From positions 19,722 through 83,721 of IMG/VR virus record IMGVR_UViG_3300042900_000549: a stretch of 64,000 nucleotides of DNA. One strand, given 5' to 3'. The notes beneath the pieces were generated by a model, which searched no databases, was not told the DNA's origin, and worked only from the letters and a program-made list of their open reading frames with translations. Origin of the DNA: a virus. Made by a program: the position numbers and the translations under genes. Positions within the stretch are counted from its first letter, which is position 1. Each line of letters opens with the position of its first letter. Below, piece after piece: positions 28,496-37,732 of the stretch.

Positions 28496-29065
28496 ATGGC
28501 AACATATGATGGTAATGGAAATATGATTAGTACTTTATCTGTTGAAGTTCTAAAAAAATATCCAAATGAAATATTTGTAGAAACTGGAACTCAAAATGGT
28601 CATGGTACTCAAATTGCTCTAGATTGTGGATTTAAAAAAATTCTGACAATCGAAATTGATCATGAACAAATTTTGCGTACTAGTAAAAGGTTTGAAAAAG
28701 AAATTGAATTGGGAATTATTGAAATTATTGAGGGCGATACTTTTAAAGTCTTTGAAGATGTTCTGAATAAGGTTGATAAACAAGCTACATTTTGGTTAGA
28801 TGCCCATTGGGATGGTGGACCTACAAAAGGTGAATATAAATGTCCTCTTCCATTTGAATTAGAATTACTATTGAATCATACAATTAAAACTCATACAATA
28901 TTAGTTGATGATAAGAGGATTATTGGAAATCCAAATAGTACATGGGGAGATGATCTAGATCTTAATTTAATTATTGAATCGATGATGGACATTAATCCTG
29001 ATTATAAAATTTCTTTTGAGGATGGATGTATTCCGGATGATATTATTGTTGCCTGCTTGAAATGA
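28496..29065 (+). CDS. Putative SAM-dependent methyltransferase-fold protein
   Basis: FVETGT, TIEID, FWLDAH, LVDD. Confidence 0.7.
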   Translation: MATYDGNGNMISTLSVEVLKKYPNEIFVETGTQNGHGTQIALDCGFKKILTIEIDHEQILRTSKRFEKEIELGIIEIIEGDTFKVFEDVLNKVDKQATFWLDAHWDGGPTKGEYKCPLPFELELLLNHTIKTHTILVDDKRIIGNPNSTWGDDLDLNLIIESMMDINPDYKISFEDGCIPDDIIVACLK

Positions 29066-29817
29066 GTAAAAATTTAGCAATAACTTGCTTATCAAAGGGA
29101 TACTCTAACCATGATGAATATGTAGAGATAATTTCTAGAAATAAAAGTATACTTAAATATATTGGAAAAGACTATCCAATTCTTATATTTAACGAAGGAA
29201 ATATTTCGATAAATCATCAAAATTACATCTCCAGTTTTACTCCGGAGTTAAAATTTGAATTTATAAACATAGAAGAGATCTGGAATTCTCAATATCCATA
29301 TTCTTCTATGTGTAGATTTTTTTCATATTATATATGGAATTATTGTAAACATTACGATTATGTTATGAGAATTGATACTGATTGTGAGATTATACAAGGC
29401 GAGAATGTTCTTTCTAACTTAGAAAATAAAAATGTTTATTATAAAACAGTATCTTGGCCATGGGGAGAAAATCATCCAATGACAAATATCAGTCTCCCTC
29501 AATTTATTGAGTCAATAACTAATATTGATAGGAATAATTTTTATCATAAATTTCCATATACGAATGTTTATCTAAGTCAAGTTAATTTTTGGTTGGATAG
29601 TGAAGTTAATAGGATTTTAAAAAATATCTGCTTATCAGATTTACAATTGATTAATAGATGGGGAGATCTTCCAATTTTGGGATCATTATTAAATATTTTT
29701 GCAAAAGAAAATATTGGAACTTTGCAATTAAAATATAAACATAAATCTCATAATTGCATAGTTGATTGTATTAATCAAAAAGTTATTGATGGTAATAATA
29801 TTGTTTGGAATTGTTGA
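29062..29817 (+). CDS. Glycosyltransferase, GT15 mannosyltransferase-like
   Basis: YSSMCRFFS, YDYVMRIDTD, RWGDLP. Confidence 0.7.
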   Translation: MSKNLAITCLSKGYSNHDEYVEIISRNKSILKYIGKDYPILIFNEGNISINHQNYISSFTPELKFEFINIEEIWNSQYPYSSMCRFFSYYIWNYCKHYDYVMRIDTDCEIIQGENVLSNLENKNVYYKTVSWPWGENHPMTNISLPQFIESITNIDRNNFYHKFPYTNVYLSQVNFWLDSEVNRILKNICLSDLQLINRWGDLPILGSLLNIFAKENIGTLQLKYKHKSHNCIVDCINQKVIDGNNIVWNC

Positions 29818-29818
29818 T

Positions 29819-30622
29819 ATGAAATATAGTATTTTTACAACAGCAAATAAATCTTATTACCCTTTTCTGGATATATTTACAGGTTCTGCTTTAGCAAATT
29901 GTAAAAATCTTGATAAAATTTACGTTGCAGATAGTGGACTTGGAAAATACCAAAAAACTATTAAAGATAAAAATAAAGTTAGTATTTTGGATACTGATTG
30001 TATTGATGAATATCGCGGTGTTCATTCTGATGGATGGGTAAAAGCAACTCAAATAAAAACCAAATATCTCAATAAGATTTTTCATGTAATTGATTTTGAT
30101 CATCCAGTCATTATGATTGATAGTGATGTTTGTATTTTACAAGATATAGAACCAATCATTTCACCACACTATGATATTCAAGTTACAACAATGAGTACTG
30201 GTGGTCATACAAGAGATGATGGTATTTACATTAGTGAGATTGCAAGTTTTGTTATTTTTAATAATATTCCAAAATGTAAAAGATTTATTCAACGATGGAT
30301 TAGACAAATGGAAAAATTTTCCGAAAATAAAACTTCTTTTCCACATGAAACTCCGGCATTAAATATTACTCTTAAAAATAATTTTGATAATTTAAATATT
30401 GGATATTTGGATGAGATAAAAGTATGTGCGGATTTGGAAATTGTAGATGGCACTTATTCTGTACATTTTAAAAGTAATGGATCTACCAAAGATAATCCAG
30501 TAGTTAATTTTGAAAAAAGAATTTTTTCAGTACAAAATAAAACAAATAATGATTTGGAACTTGATGGTTATTTGAATGAGCAAGTTTATGCTGATTGGAG
30601 AAATGAACATGAAACTAACTGA
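29819..30622 (+). CDS. Nucleotide-diphospho-sugar transferase (GT-A fold)
   Basis: MIDSD DxD motif; ETPALN. Confidence 0.65.
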   Translation: MKYSIFTTANKSYYPFLDIFTGSALANCKNLDKIYVADSGLGKYQKTIKDKNKVSILDTDCIDEYRGVHSDGWVKATQIKTKYLNKIFHVIDFDHPVIMIDSDVCILQDIEPIISPHYDIQVTTMSTGGHTRDDGIYISEIASFVIFNNIPKCKRFIQRWIRQMEKFSENKTSFPHETPALNITLKNNFDNLNIGYLDEIKVCADLEIVDGTYSVHFKSNGSTKDNPVVNFEKRIFSVQNKTNNDLELDGYLNEQVYADWRNEHETN

Positions 30623-31493
30623 TAATAGACATTCCCTTTACATTTATTGTGATGGTGGATTTGGAAACCGATTTAATTCTTTAGTTTCCGGTCTTCTTAT
30701 ATCTAAATTTACTAAAATTGATCCCGTTATTGTGTGGCCCATTACAAATTGGTGTAGATCAAAATTTTCAACTTTGTTTGACAATGAATTTGATGTAGTT
30801 GAATATAATCTCAATTATTTTGGCATTAATACTCATGAATATGAATTCTTAATGCATGGTAATTTTTTAAATTTTAACACTCAAGTTCATCATCCACAAA
30901 ATTTTAGATCTATTGATGATATATGTGCATTTTGTCTTGATTCATCAAAGAATAAAATAGTCTACAACAATGATGCAATTCCATATTATATTGGTAAAGA
31001 TTTAATTGGTATGGTAATAAAAGACTTGATATTTAATAAAAATATAATTAGAGAAGCAAACAATTATATACAGAATAATTTGGGAGAAGAATTTGTTGGA
31101 ATTCATTTAAGAAATACTGATTTCTTTGATCCCCACAAACCAAATTTCAATCAAATTTATCAATACGTATTAGAGAATAGAAATAAAAAATATTTTGTAT
31201 GTTCTGATGATAAAGAAATGGAGGACATGTTTAATGAATTAGAAAATGTATTTGTCTATCCAAAAACAAGTTATGTAAAAAAGTTGACTGAAGATGGTGA
31301 ATGGAGATCTATTATCGTTGATGATACTGGAATTGAATATCCCTTCAATGTAGAAAGGTCAGATGAGAGTGTGCAGCAAGCAATTGTAGACTTGTACATC
31401 TTGTCAAAATCTGATATAATGAAAACTTCTGACAGTTCATTTTTACAGACATCCATTTTATTAAAAAACTCATACGAAAATGGACAAAAATAA
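30603..31493 (+). CDS. O-fucosyltransferase/NodZ-like glycosyltransferase
   Basis: GGFGNR, GIHLRNTD, VCSDD, AIVDLYILSK, SSF. Confidence 0.75.
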   Translation: MNMKLTDNRHSLYIYCDGGFGNRFNSLVSGLLISKFTKIDPVIVWPITNWCRSKFSTLFDNEFDVVEYNLNYFGINTHEYEFLMHGNFLNFNTQVHHPQNFRSIDDICAFCLDSSKNKIVYNNDAIPYYIGKDLIGMVIKDLIFNKNIIREANNYIQNNLGEEFVGIHLRNTDFFDPHKPNFNQIYQYVLENRNKKYFVCSDDKEMEDMFNELENVFVYPKTSYVKKLTEDGEWRSIIVDDTGIEYPFNVERSDESVQQAIVDLYILSKSDIMKTSDSSFLQTSILLKNSYENGQK

Positions 31494-32271
31494 ATCATCA
31501 TATAAACTCAAAAACTTTGGTCCCATATATTACCTAAATCTGGACGGTCAACCGGAAAGAAAAGAGTATATGGAAGATCAATTTGAATATTGGGAAATTG
31601 AAAATTATACACGTATCTCTGCATATGATGGTCGTGAAGATGATCTAAGTGATATTCTTAAAGGTAAGTATCCAGATATGATGTCTTCAGGTGAGATTGG
31701 ATGCGTAACATCTCATCTTAAGGCAATCAGACACTGGATGGAAACCTCTGATAGTCCATATGCAGTTATTATGGAAGATGATTGTGATATAGGTGTTGCT
31801 AAGTACTGGAACTTTACCTGGCAAGATTTTATTGCTCGTGCTCCTTATGCTTGGGATGTAATTCAACTTGCAATTATTTGTACAGGAGATATTGTAGTTC
31901 CTGTTCATAATCGGTTTGTGAATGATTTTTCTACTGCGTGTTATGTAATTACTCGTCATCATGCTCAGAAATTAATTAATAATCACATCCGTGCTGATAA
32001 GTACAAACTTGATAATGGTGTAAAACCAAGAGCAGTTGCTGATGATTTAATTTATAATTCTGGATGTACTTATGCTACTCCTATGCTCTTATATAAAACA
32101 GATCTAGGATCCACTATACATCCAGAGCATGTGGATATTTTTCATAAGAATAGTTATAATGCAATATTAAATTTTTGGGAAACTCAAGGAAGTCAGTTGA
32201 CATTAGATCAAATTACGAGTTATGACCCTTATCTGGGTAGGATAACCGAACCTTCTCAAAAGTCCGCTTGA
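31480..32271 (+). CDS. Glycosyltransferase family 25
   Basis: YYLNLD..ER, GEIGCVTSHLKA, IMEDD. Confidence 0.85.
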   Translation: MDKNKSSYKLKNFGPIYYLNLDGQPERKEYMEDQFEYWEIENYTRISAYDGREDDLSDILKGKYPDMMSSGEIGCVTSHLKAIRHWMETSDSPYAVIMEDDCDIGVAKYWNFTWQDFIARAPYAWDVIQLAIICTGDIVVPVHNRFVNDFSTACYVITRHHAQKLINNHIRADKYKLDNGVKPRAVADDLIYNSGCTYATPMLLYKTDLGSTIHPEHVDIFHKNSYNAILNFWETQGSQLTLDQITSYDPYLGRITEPSQKSA

Positions 32272-32365
32272 CAAATTCAAAATTCTGGTCTATCATAAAT
32301 ATGTTCTTAGAATCCCTTGTTGGAATTCTTAACACTTGTCCTTTAGTATAAAAACAAAAAACTTT

Positions 32366-33892
32366 ATGAAAATCGAACAACTGATGCTTGCGCCCGTTGC
32401 TCTTGGTATGATTGCTCCCATTGCCGCAAATGCTGCAGAAATGAATCTTGTAGCAGTCAATCAATATGCCACCAGCGATCAGGTTACAAGTGTCACACAG
32501 TTCTCTGATGTTCGTCCAAGTGATTGGGCATATCAGGCACTTTCAAATCTTGTAGAACAATACGGTTGCGTTGCTGGTTATCCTAATGGCACCTTTAAAG
32601 GTGGTCAGGCAATGACCCGTTATGAGGCAGCAGCACTTCTGAATGCTTGCCTAGATCGTGTTACTGAAGTCACTGACGAACTCAAGAAACTTCTGAATGA
32701 ATTTCAGGGTGAACTTGCGATTCTTCGTGGTCGTGTAGATGGTCTAGAAGCAAAGGTGGGTGAACTGGAGGCAAATCAATTCTCTACCACCACCAAACTT
32801 CGTGGTGATACTCGTTGGGTTCTTGGCGGTATTTCCTACGGTGGAGACAGTAAGGACAACTACAAGAATCTTCGTGAATCTGTATCCTTTAATTATGATG
32901 TTCGTCTGAACTTTGATACTTCATTCACTGGTAAGGATCTACTTCGCACTCAACTTCGTGCTGGTAACTTTAGGGATAGTGCCTTTGGTGCCGCTCCTAC
33001 GCCTCTTACCAAACTAGATGCTGGATTTGAAGAGAACATCGGTAATGCTGATGGTGGTGATGTAGTTGCGATTAATCGTCTCTACTACAAGTTCCCTGTT
33101 GGCAAAGAGTTTACTGTTGTTGGTGGTCCAGTAGTTCGTCAGGATGATCTGCTTGCTGTGTGGCCTTCTGTATACACCTCTGATAAGATCCTGAAGGTCT
33201 TCCAGTTTGCCGGTGCTCCAGGTGCCTACAATCAGATCCTGGGTGGCGGTGCTGGTGCTTATTGGAAGAGGGGTGGTTGGTCTGTCGGTGCCGCTTATGT
33301 TGCCGGTAATGCTGACCAAGGTAATAGTGCAACTGGTGGTATTGCTAACGGGAACTCTGCTGCTTCTAGCACAGTTCAACTTGCATACACTGGAAAGAAC
33401 TGGAACCTGACTGGTGCTTACAACTACTCCAACTATGGTGTAAGTAATGCTGGTACTTCTTTTGAAACCAGTCTTCTTCCTAATGCAACTACTGGTGGTC
33501 AGACTAACTCTGTCTCTCTTGCTGGTTATTGGCAACCCATTAAGTCTGGATGGGCACCTTCTGTTTCCGCTGGTTGGGGTTACAATGCAATCGGTTATAA
33601 TGAAGGTGATGGTGTAACTTCTCAATCTTGGTACACTGGTCTGGTTTGGAAAGATGTGATTGCAAAGGGTAATGCTCTTGGTGTTGCAGTTGGTCAACCT
33701 ACCTTTGTTACTAATGTCGATAATGGAAACGCTAATGATGGTCAGTATGCTCTTGAGGCATACTACAAGATGCAGGTAACTGATAATATTTCAGTTACGC
33801 CAGCAATTTTCTATCTGTCTGCACCTCGTGGAGAGACTGATAAGAACCTGGATGCATTTGGTGCATTAGTGCAAACAACTTTCCGTTTTTGA
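32366..33892 (+). CDS. Cyanobacterial-type outer-membrane porin (SLH domain plus beta-barrel, Som/OprB family)
   Basis: QVTSVTQFSDVRPSDWAYQAL..YGCVAGYP SLH domain, FSTTTKL, TSFTGKDLL, C-terminal TTFRF. Confidence 0.93.
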   Translation: MKIEQLMLAPVALGMIAPIAANAAEMNLVAVNQYATSDQVTSVTQFSDVRPSDWAYQALSNLVEQYGCVAGYPNGTFKGGQAMTRYEAAALLNACLDRVTEVTDELKKLLNEFQGELAILRGRVDGLEAKVGELEANQFSTTTKLRGDTRWVLGGISYGGDSKDNYKNLRESVSFNYDVRLNFDTSFTGKDLLRTQLRAGNFRDSAFGAAPTPLTKLDAGFEENIGNADGGDVVAINRLYYKFPVGKEFTVVGGPVVRQDDLLAVWPSVYTSDKILKVFQFAGAPGAYNQILGGGAGAYWKRGGWSVGAAYVAGNADQGNSATGGIANGNSAASSTVQLAYTGKNWNLTGAYNYSNYGVSNAGTSFETSLLPNATTGGQTNSVSLAGYWQPIKSGWAPSVSAGWGYNAIGYNEGDGVTSQSWYTGLVWKDVIAKGNALGVAVGQPTFVTNVDNGNANDGQYALEAYYKMQVTDNISVTPAIFYLSAPRGETDKNLDAFGALVQTTFRF

Positions 33893-33895
33893 GGT

Positions 33896-33965
33896 TATAA
33901 ATAAAATCACCTGACTTGTTGGCGCTTTTCAGGTAAAGATTGGGGGGCAGTAATGCCCTCTTTTC
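33896..33965 (+). ncRNA. Candidate late small RNA: promoter, hairpin, terminator
   Basis: TATAAATA at 33896; ACCTGA-loop-TCAGGT; GGGGGCA-GTAA-TGCCCTC-TTTT terminator. Confidence 0.5.
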
Positions 33966-33968
33966 TTG

Positions 33969-33976
33969 TATAAATA
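33969..33976 (+). promoter_or_regulatory. T4-type late promoter for the endonuclease gene
   Basis: TATAAATA. Confidence 0.75.
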
Positions 33977-34003
33977 GTTTCGCCAACAAGTTAGAGAATA
34001 ACA

Positions 34004-34720
34004 ATGACTTCACAAAGTCCAAGAATTTACACATATAAAATCACATTTGAAGAAGTTCCTTATTATTACTATGGGGTTCATAAGGAACAAGGATTTGATG
34101 AAGAGTATTGGGGAACTCCCGTAACAAACCGCTGGTGTTGGGAATTTTATACTCCAGAGAAACAAATATTGGAACTATTTGAATATAGTGATGAAGGTTG
34201 GATAGAAGCGCAAGAAGTTGAAAAAAGAATAATTAAACCAATCCTTAATAATAAATGGTGCCTTAATGAAAATTGTAAAGGGATAATTTCTATAGAAGGA
34301 TGTAAAAAAGGTGGGAGGATTATGGGAAACTATCTTTATAAAAATGGATTAGGTATTCACGCATTAACAAAAGAACAGCAGATTGAAAATGGAAAGAAGG
34401 GAAATAAGGAGGGTAAAAGAAGAAGTGGAAAAAATGCATATCTTATGAAAACTGGAATTCACGCTTTTACTGCCGAAGAAAAAAAAGAACTTGGAAGAAA
34501 GAGTGGTCGTATTAATTTTGAGATGGGACTTGGAATTCATTCTTTAACCCCAGAGCAAAGAGTTGAAAATGGAAAAAAGGGTGGAAAAATTGCAGGAAGA
34601 ATAGTTTCCTCTCAAAGATGGAGATGTTTAGTGACCGGATATATTGCTGCCGCTGGTCCGCTAGCATCTTATCAAAAAGCAAGAGGTATTGATAAGAGTT
34701 TAAGAGAAAGATTGTCTTAA
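34004..34720 (+). CDS. Free-standing GIY-YIG-like homing endonuclease with C-terminal GIH repeats
   Basis: IYTYKIT..YYYYG, YWGT, CLN; three GIH(A/S)(L/F)T.E....GKKG repeats. Confidence 0.7.
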   Translation: MTSQSPRIYTYKITFEEVPYYYYGVHKEQGFDEEYWGTPVTNRWCWEFYTPEKQILELFEYSDEGWIEAQEVEKRIIKPILNNKWCLNENCKGIISIEGCKKGGRIMGNYLYKNGLGIHALTKEQQIENGKKGNKEGKRRSGKNAYLMKTGIHAFTAEEKKELGRKSGRINFEMGLGIHSLTPEQRVENGKKGGKIAGRIVSSQRWRCLVTGYIAAAGPLASYQKARGIDKSLRERLS

Positions 34721-34760
34721 CCAAATCTTAGTTGACTCCAAACTTTATTTGCGATAGACT
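34716..34760 (+). promoter_or_regulatory. Pho box-like tandem repeat overlapping the pstS promoter
   Basis: CTTAACC and CTTAGTT at 11-bp spacing, then TTGACT-17-TAGACT. Confidence 0.55.
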
Positions 34761-34794
34761 GTTTATGAAGTTTATTTTATCTTCAAAATTTTTT

Positions 34795-35763
34795 ATGAAA
34801 ATTAAAAATCTATTTGCTATTGGTCTAATTGTTGCTACCCCGGTTGCGGCAATTGCGGGGACTACTCTAAACGGTGCGGGAGCCTCCTTTCCATTTTCCA
34901 TCTACAGTAGATGGTTTAATGATTATGCACGAACTTCTGGGAATAGGGTTAATTATCAGTCCGTTGGTTCTGGTGCTGGTGTTCGTCAATTCATTGCGGG
35001 AACTGTTGATTTCGCAGCATCCGACGAACCAATCAAATCCTCCGAAGCCGCCAAAGTAAAGCGTGGAGTTGTTCAAATTCCAATGGTTGGAGGTACGATT
35101 GCAATTGCTTACAATAAACCCGGTTGTACTCTTAAACTGACTCAACAACAAACCGTAGATGTATTTCTCAGTAAGATTAATGACTGGAAGCAACTCAAGT
35201 GTGCTCCCGGTAAAATCACTACAGTTCATCGTTCTGATGGTTCCGGCACTACATTCGCCTTCACTAACTCCCTAGAAGCATTCTCATCCTCTTGGACCCC
35301 AGGTGTAGGCAAGAGTGTTAAATGGCCTGTAGGGGTTGGAGGAAAGGGTAATGAGGGTGTTTCGGGTATCATCAAGAATACTCCTGGTTCTCTTGGTTAT
35401 GTCTCTTATTCCTTTGTGAAGTCTCAAAATCTTCAAGTAGCGCAACTTCAAAATAAATCTGGAAAGTTTGTTCCTCCAAATGCATCAAGTGGTTCTGCTG
35501 CTCTAAATCAAATTAAACTGGATTCAAATCTTGCTGGAGAAAATCCAAACCCATCAGGTGTGAATTCTTATCCAATTTCAACCCTAACTTGGGTTCTTGC
35601 TTATAAGAATGGGAATGGTGCAAAGACTGATGAAATTCGTGGAGTTCTGAACTATGCTTTGGGTTCTAAAGCACAAATGATTGCTGATGATTTGGGTTAT
35701 GTTCCTTTGAGTGGTAGTGTTCTGAATAAGGCACGACTTGCAGTGAATCGTATCAGCAAGTGA
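34795..35763 (+). CDS. pstS: Phosphate ABC transporter substrate-binding protein
   Basis: GAGASFP, YQSVGSGAG, DFAASD, RSDGSGTT, YPI. Confidence 0.96.
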   Translation: MKIKNLFAIGLIVATPVAAIAGTTLNGAGASFPFSIYSRWFNDYARTSGNRVNYQSVGSGAGVRQFIAGTVDFAASDEPIKSSEAAKVKRGVVQIPMVGGTIAIAYNKPGCTLKLTQQQTVDVFLSKINDWKQLKCAPGKITTVHRSDGSGTTFAFTNSLEAFSSSWTPGVGKSVKWPVGVGGKGNEGVSGIIKNTPGSLGYVSYSFVKSQNLQVAQLQNKSGKFVPPNASSGSAALNQIKLDSNLAGENPNPSGVNSYPISTLTWVLAYKNGNGAKTDEIRGVLNYALGSKAQMIADDLGYVPLSGSVLNKARLAVNRISK

Positions 35764-35860
35764 TCTAAGAACAGTTAGGAAACTGGCACATTACGGTTTC
35801 CCAATGCTTGACTTCAAACAAAATTTCATATATAATGACATAGTTCTTTATAAGACTACA

Positions 35861-36070
35861 ATGACCGTTACGACCAATGAGCACGGACAGCAAAACCTGT
35901 TCGCAAAGGAACCTGAGATGTATGTGTCTCCAACAGATGCAGAGCGTTATGCACTTGAGACTTATGCTGAAAAAGCAGAAAAAATGAATGGAAAATTTGC
36001 TATGTTAGGATTTGTTGCCGCAGTTGTTTCTTATGCACTCACCGGGAATCTCTTCTTTGGTGTAATCTGA
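35861..36070 (+). CDS. hli: High-light inducible protein
   Basis: AEKMNGKFAMLGF. Confidence 0.9.
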   Translation: MTVTTNEHGQQNLFAKEPEMYVSPTDAERYALETYAEKAEKMNGKFAMLGFVAAVVSYALTGNLFFGVI

Positions 36071-36156
36071 TGAACGAACTCATTTTTACCGTAACGAGCA
36101 TTTCTTTTCTTGTGCTTCTGGCACACTCTATCAATCAACTTTCCGACACTTACTAA
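36070..36156 (+). CDS. Small hydrophobic peptide (28 aa)
   Basis: MNELIFTVTSISFLVLLAHSINQLSDTY; TGATG-coupled between the two hli genes. Confidence 0.5.
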   Translation: MNELIFTVTSISFLVLLAHSINQLSDTY

Positions 36157-36168
36157 GGAGAAACAAAA

Positions 36169-36288
36169 ATGAAATTTGGATTTACGCCCGAGGCAGAAAT
36201 TTTAAATGGCAGACTTGCTATGTTAGGATTTGTAATTGCCGTTGGTACTTATCTCACTACCGGGCAATTGCTTCCCGGAGTATGGTGA
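36169..36288 (+). CDS. hli: High-light inducible protein (39 aa)
   Basis: AEILNGRLAMLGF..TGQLLPG; AAGGAG RBS; absent from the ORF track. Confidence 0.92.
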   Translation: MKFGFTPEAEILNGRLAMLGFVIAVGTYLTTGQLLPGVW

Positions 36289-36421
36289 CTTCTGATATTA
36301 TCCCAATATTCTGTGGAATATTTGTATCATCAATCGCTCTGACTGTATTGAAATTCTCAAATAAAAAATAACAATATCAATGTACTCCTCCTAAATATTG
36401 GGAGGAGTTTTTTTTTATTAT

Positions 36422-36577
36422 ATGCCTAGGGGTCAGATCACAAAGGATCATTTTAAGGTTTTGATTCTTGAGCAAAAAAATAAAGTACAACATGAATCTT
36501 ATAGAGATGAGTATAAGAATTTAGTACATAAACACCTTAATGAACTTATAGATAGATTAGAAGAATTCCGGTATTAA
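36422..36577 (+). CDS. Small hypothetical protein (51 aa)
   Basis: MPRGQITKDHFK...HKHLNELIDRLEEFRY. Confidence 0.6.
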   Translation: MPRGQITKDHFKVLILEQKNKVQHESYRDEYKNLVHKHLNELIDRLEEFRY

Positions 36578-36578
36578 A

Positions 36579-37274
36579 ATGCAAATAGATATACATAACT
36601 TTTTTCTGCATTATGACCCAAAGAATCCAAAACACGTTGCAGCAGTAGAGAAACTTGAAAAGGATTTGGAACAAAAGCAACCAGATTTAATTCAAGATAA
36701 TTCTGGATGGGTAGAAATATTCAGAGAAAAAGCACCAGTTCCTGCACAGACAGGAGTTCTATCAGTTCCATATTACCCACAAACTGATAATTACAGAGAT
36801 GCTAACCGTACTTGTAACAGTTCTAGTTGTGCTATGTGTCTTGAATATCTTAAACCAGGCACGTTAAAGGGAGTAAAAGGTGACGATGCTTACGTTCAAA
36901 AAGTATTCGCAATTGGTGATTCAACAGACCATACAGTTCAAACCAAAGTTCTTGAGAGCTATGGTGTTAAGTCGCAGTTTAGTTACAATCTTTCTTTTGC
37001 TGATATTGATAAGAGTTTATCTGCTGGAAAACCTGTTGTTATTGGTATTCTGCACAGGGGGTCTCTTTCTTCACCTACTGGGGGGCACATGATTGTAGTC
37101 ATCGGCAAGAAAGGTAGTGACTATGTGGTGAATGACCCCTACGGCAGTCTTAACGACGGTTACACGGGCGCGGTGACCAATGGTAAGGGAGCAGTGTATA
37201 AAAAATCTGAACTTACTTACAGGTGGTTGGAGAATGGTAAGGATAAAACAGGTTGGGGAAGAATCTTTAAATGA
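36579..37274 (+). CDS. C39-like cysteine peptidase
   Basis: VPYYPQTD, CNSSSCAM, GGHMIVV, VNDPYG triad. Confidence 0.82.
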   Translation: MQIDIHNFFLHYDPKNPKHVAAVEKLEKDLEQKQPDLIQDNSGWVEIFREKAPVPAQTGVLSVPYYPQTDNYRDANRTCNSSSCAMCLEYLKPGTLKGVKGDDAYVQKVFAIGDSTDHTVQTKVLESYGVKSQFSYNLSFADIDKSLSAGKPVVIGILHRGSLSSPTGGHMIVVIGKKGSDYVVNDPYGSLNDGYTGAVTNGKGAVYKKSELTYRWLENGKDKTGWGRIFK

Positions 37275-37732
37275 CTTTAAAGGCAGGAATAGATTTAATT
37301 AAAAAGTTTGAGGGATGTCATCTTAAATCATATCCAGACCCACTATCTGGGGGTCTTCCAATCACTATTGGTTGGGGATCTACTCGTAAGAAAGATGGGT
37401 CTTCATTTAAACTTGGTGACACCATTACTCAAAAGGAAGCAGATGAATTGTTGATTGCTCAATGTGAGAATCAGTTCTTACCATCACTTTCTAAAATCCC
37501 ATATTGGAGAGAAATGAATGACAATCAACGCGGAGCACTTTTATCCTTTGCTTACAATCTCGGTGCTGGCTTTTACGGCGGAAGTGGGTTTAATAGTATC
37601 ACTCGTAACCTTCGTGAAAAAAATTGGGCAGCAATCCCAAAAACATTAGAGATGTATCGCAATCCTGGCAGCAATGTTGAGGTAGGATTATTGAGACGCA
37701 GAAAAGCAGAAGGTAAATTATGGTCAACCTAA
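37271..37732 (+). CDS. GH24 lysozyme (endolysin)
   Basis: IKKFEG..YPD..TIGWG, ALLSFAYNLG, GLLRRRKAE. Confidence 0.9.
   Translation: MTLKAGIDLIKKFEGCHLKSYPDPLSGGLPITIGWGSTRKKDGSSFKLGDTITQKEADELLIAQCENQFLPSLSKIPYWREMNDNQRGALLSFAYNLGAGFYGGSGFNSITRNLREKNWAAIPKTLEMYRNPGSNVEVGLLRRRKAEGKLWST

Noticed and set aside
33014-33697. 227-aa minus-strand ORF and other nested ORFs in the porin, gp43, uvsX, nrdA, nrdB, pstS and thyX
   Set aside because: Shadow ORFs from codon bias, with no motifs or RBS.
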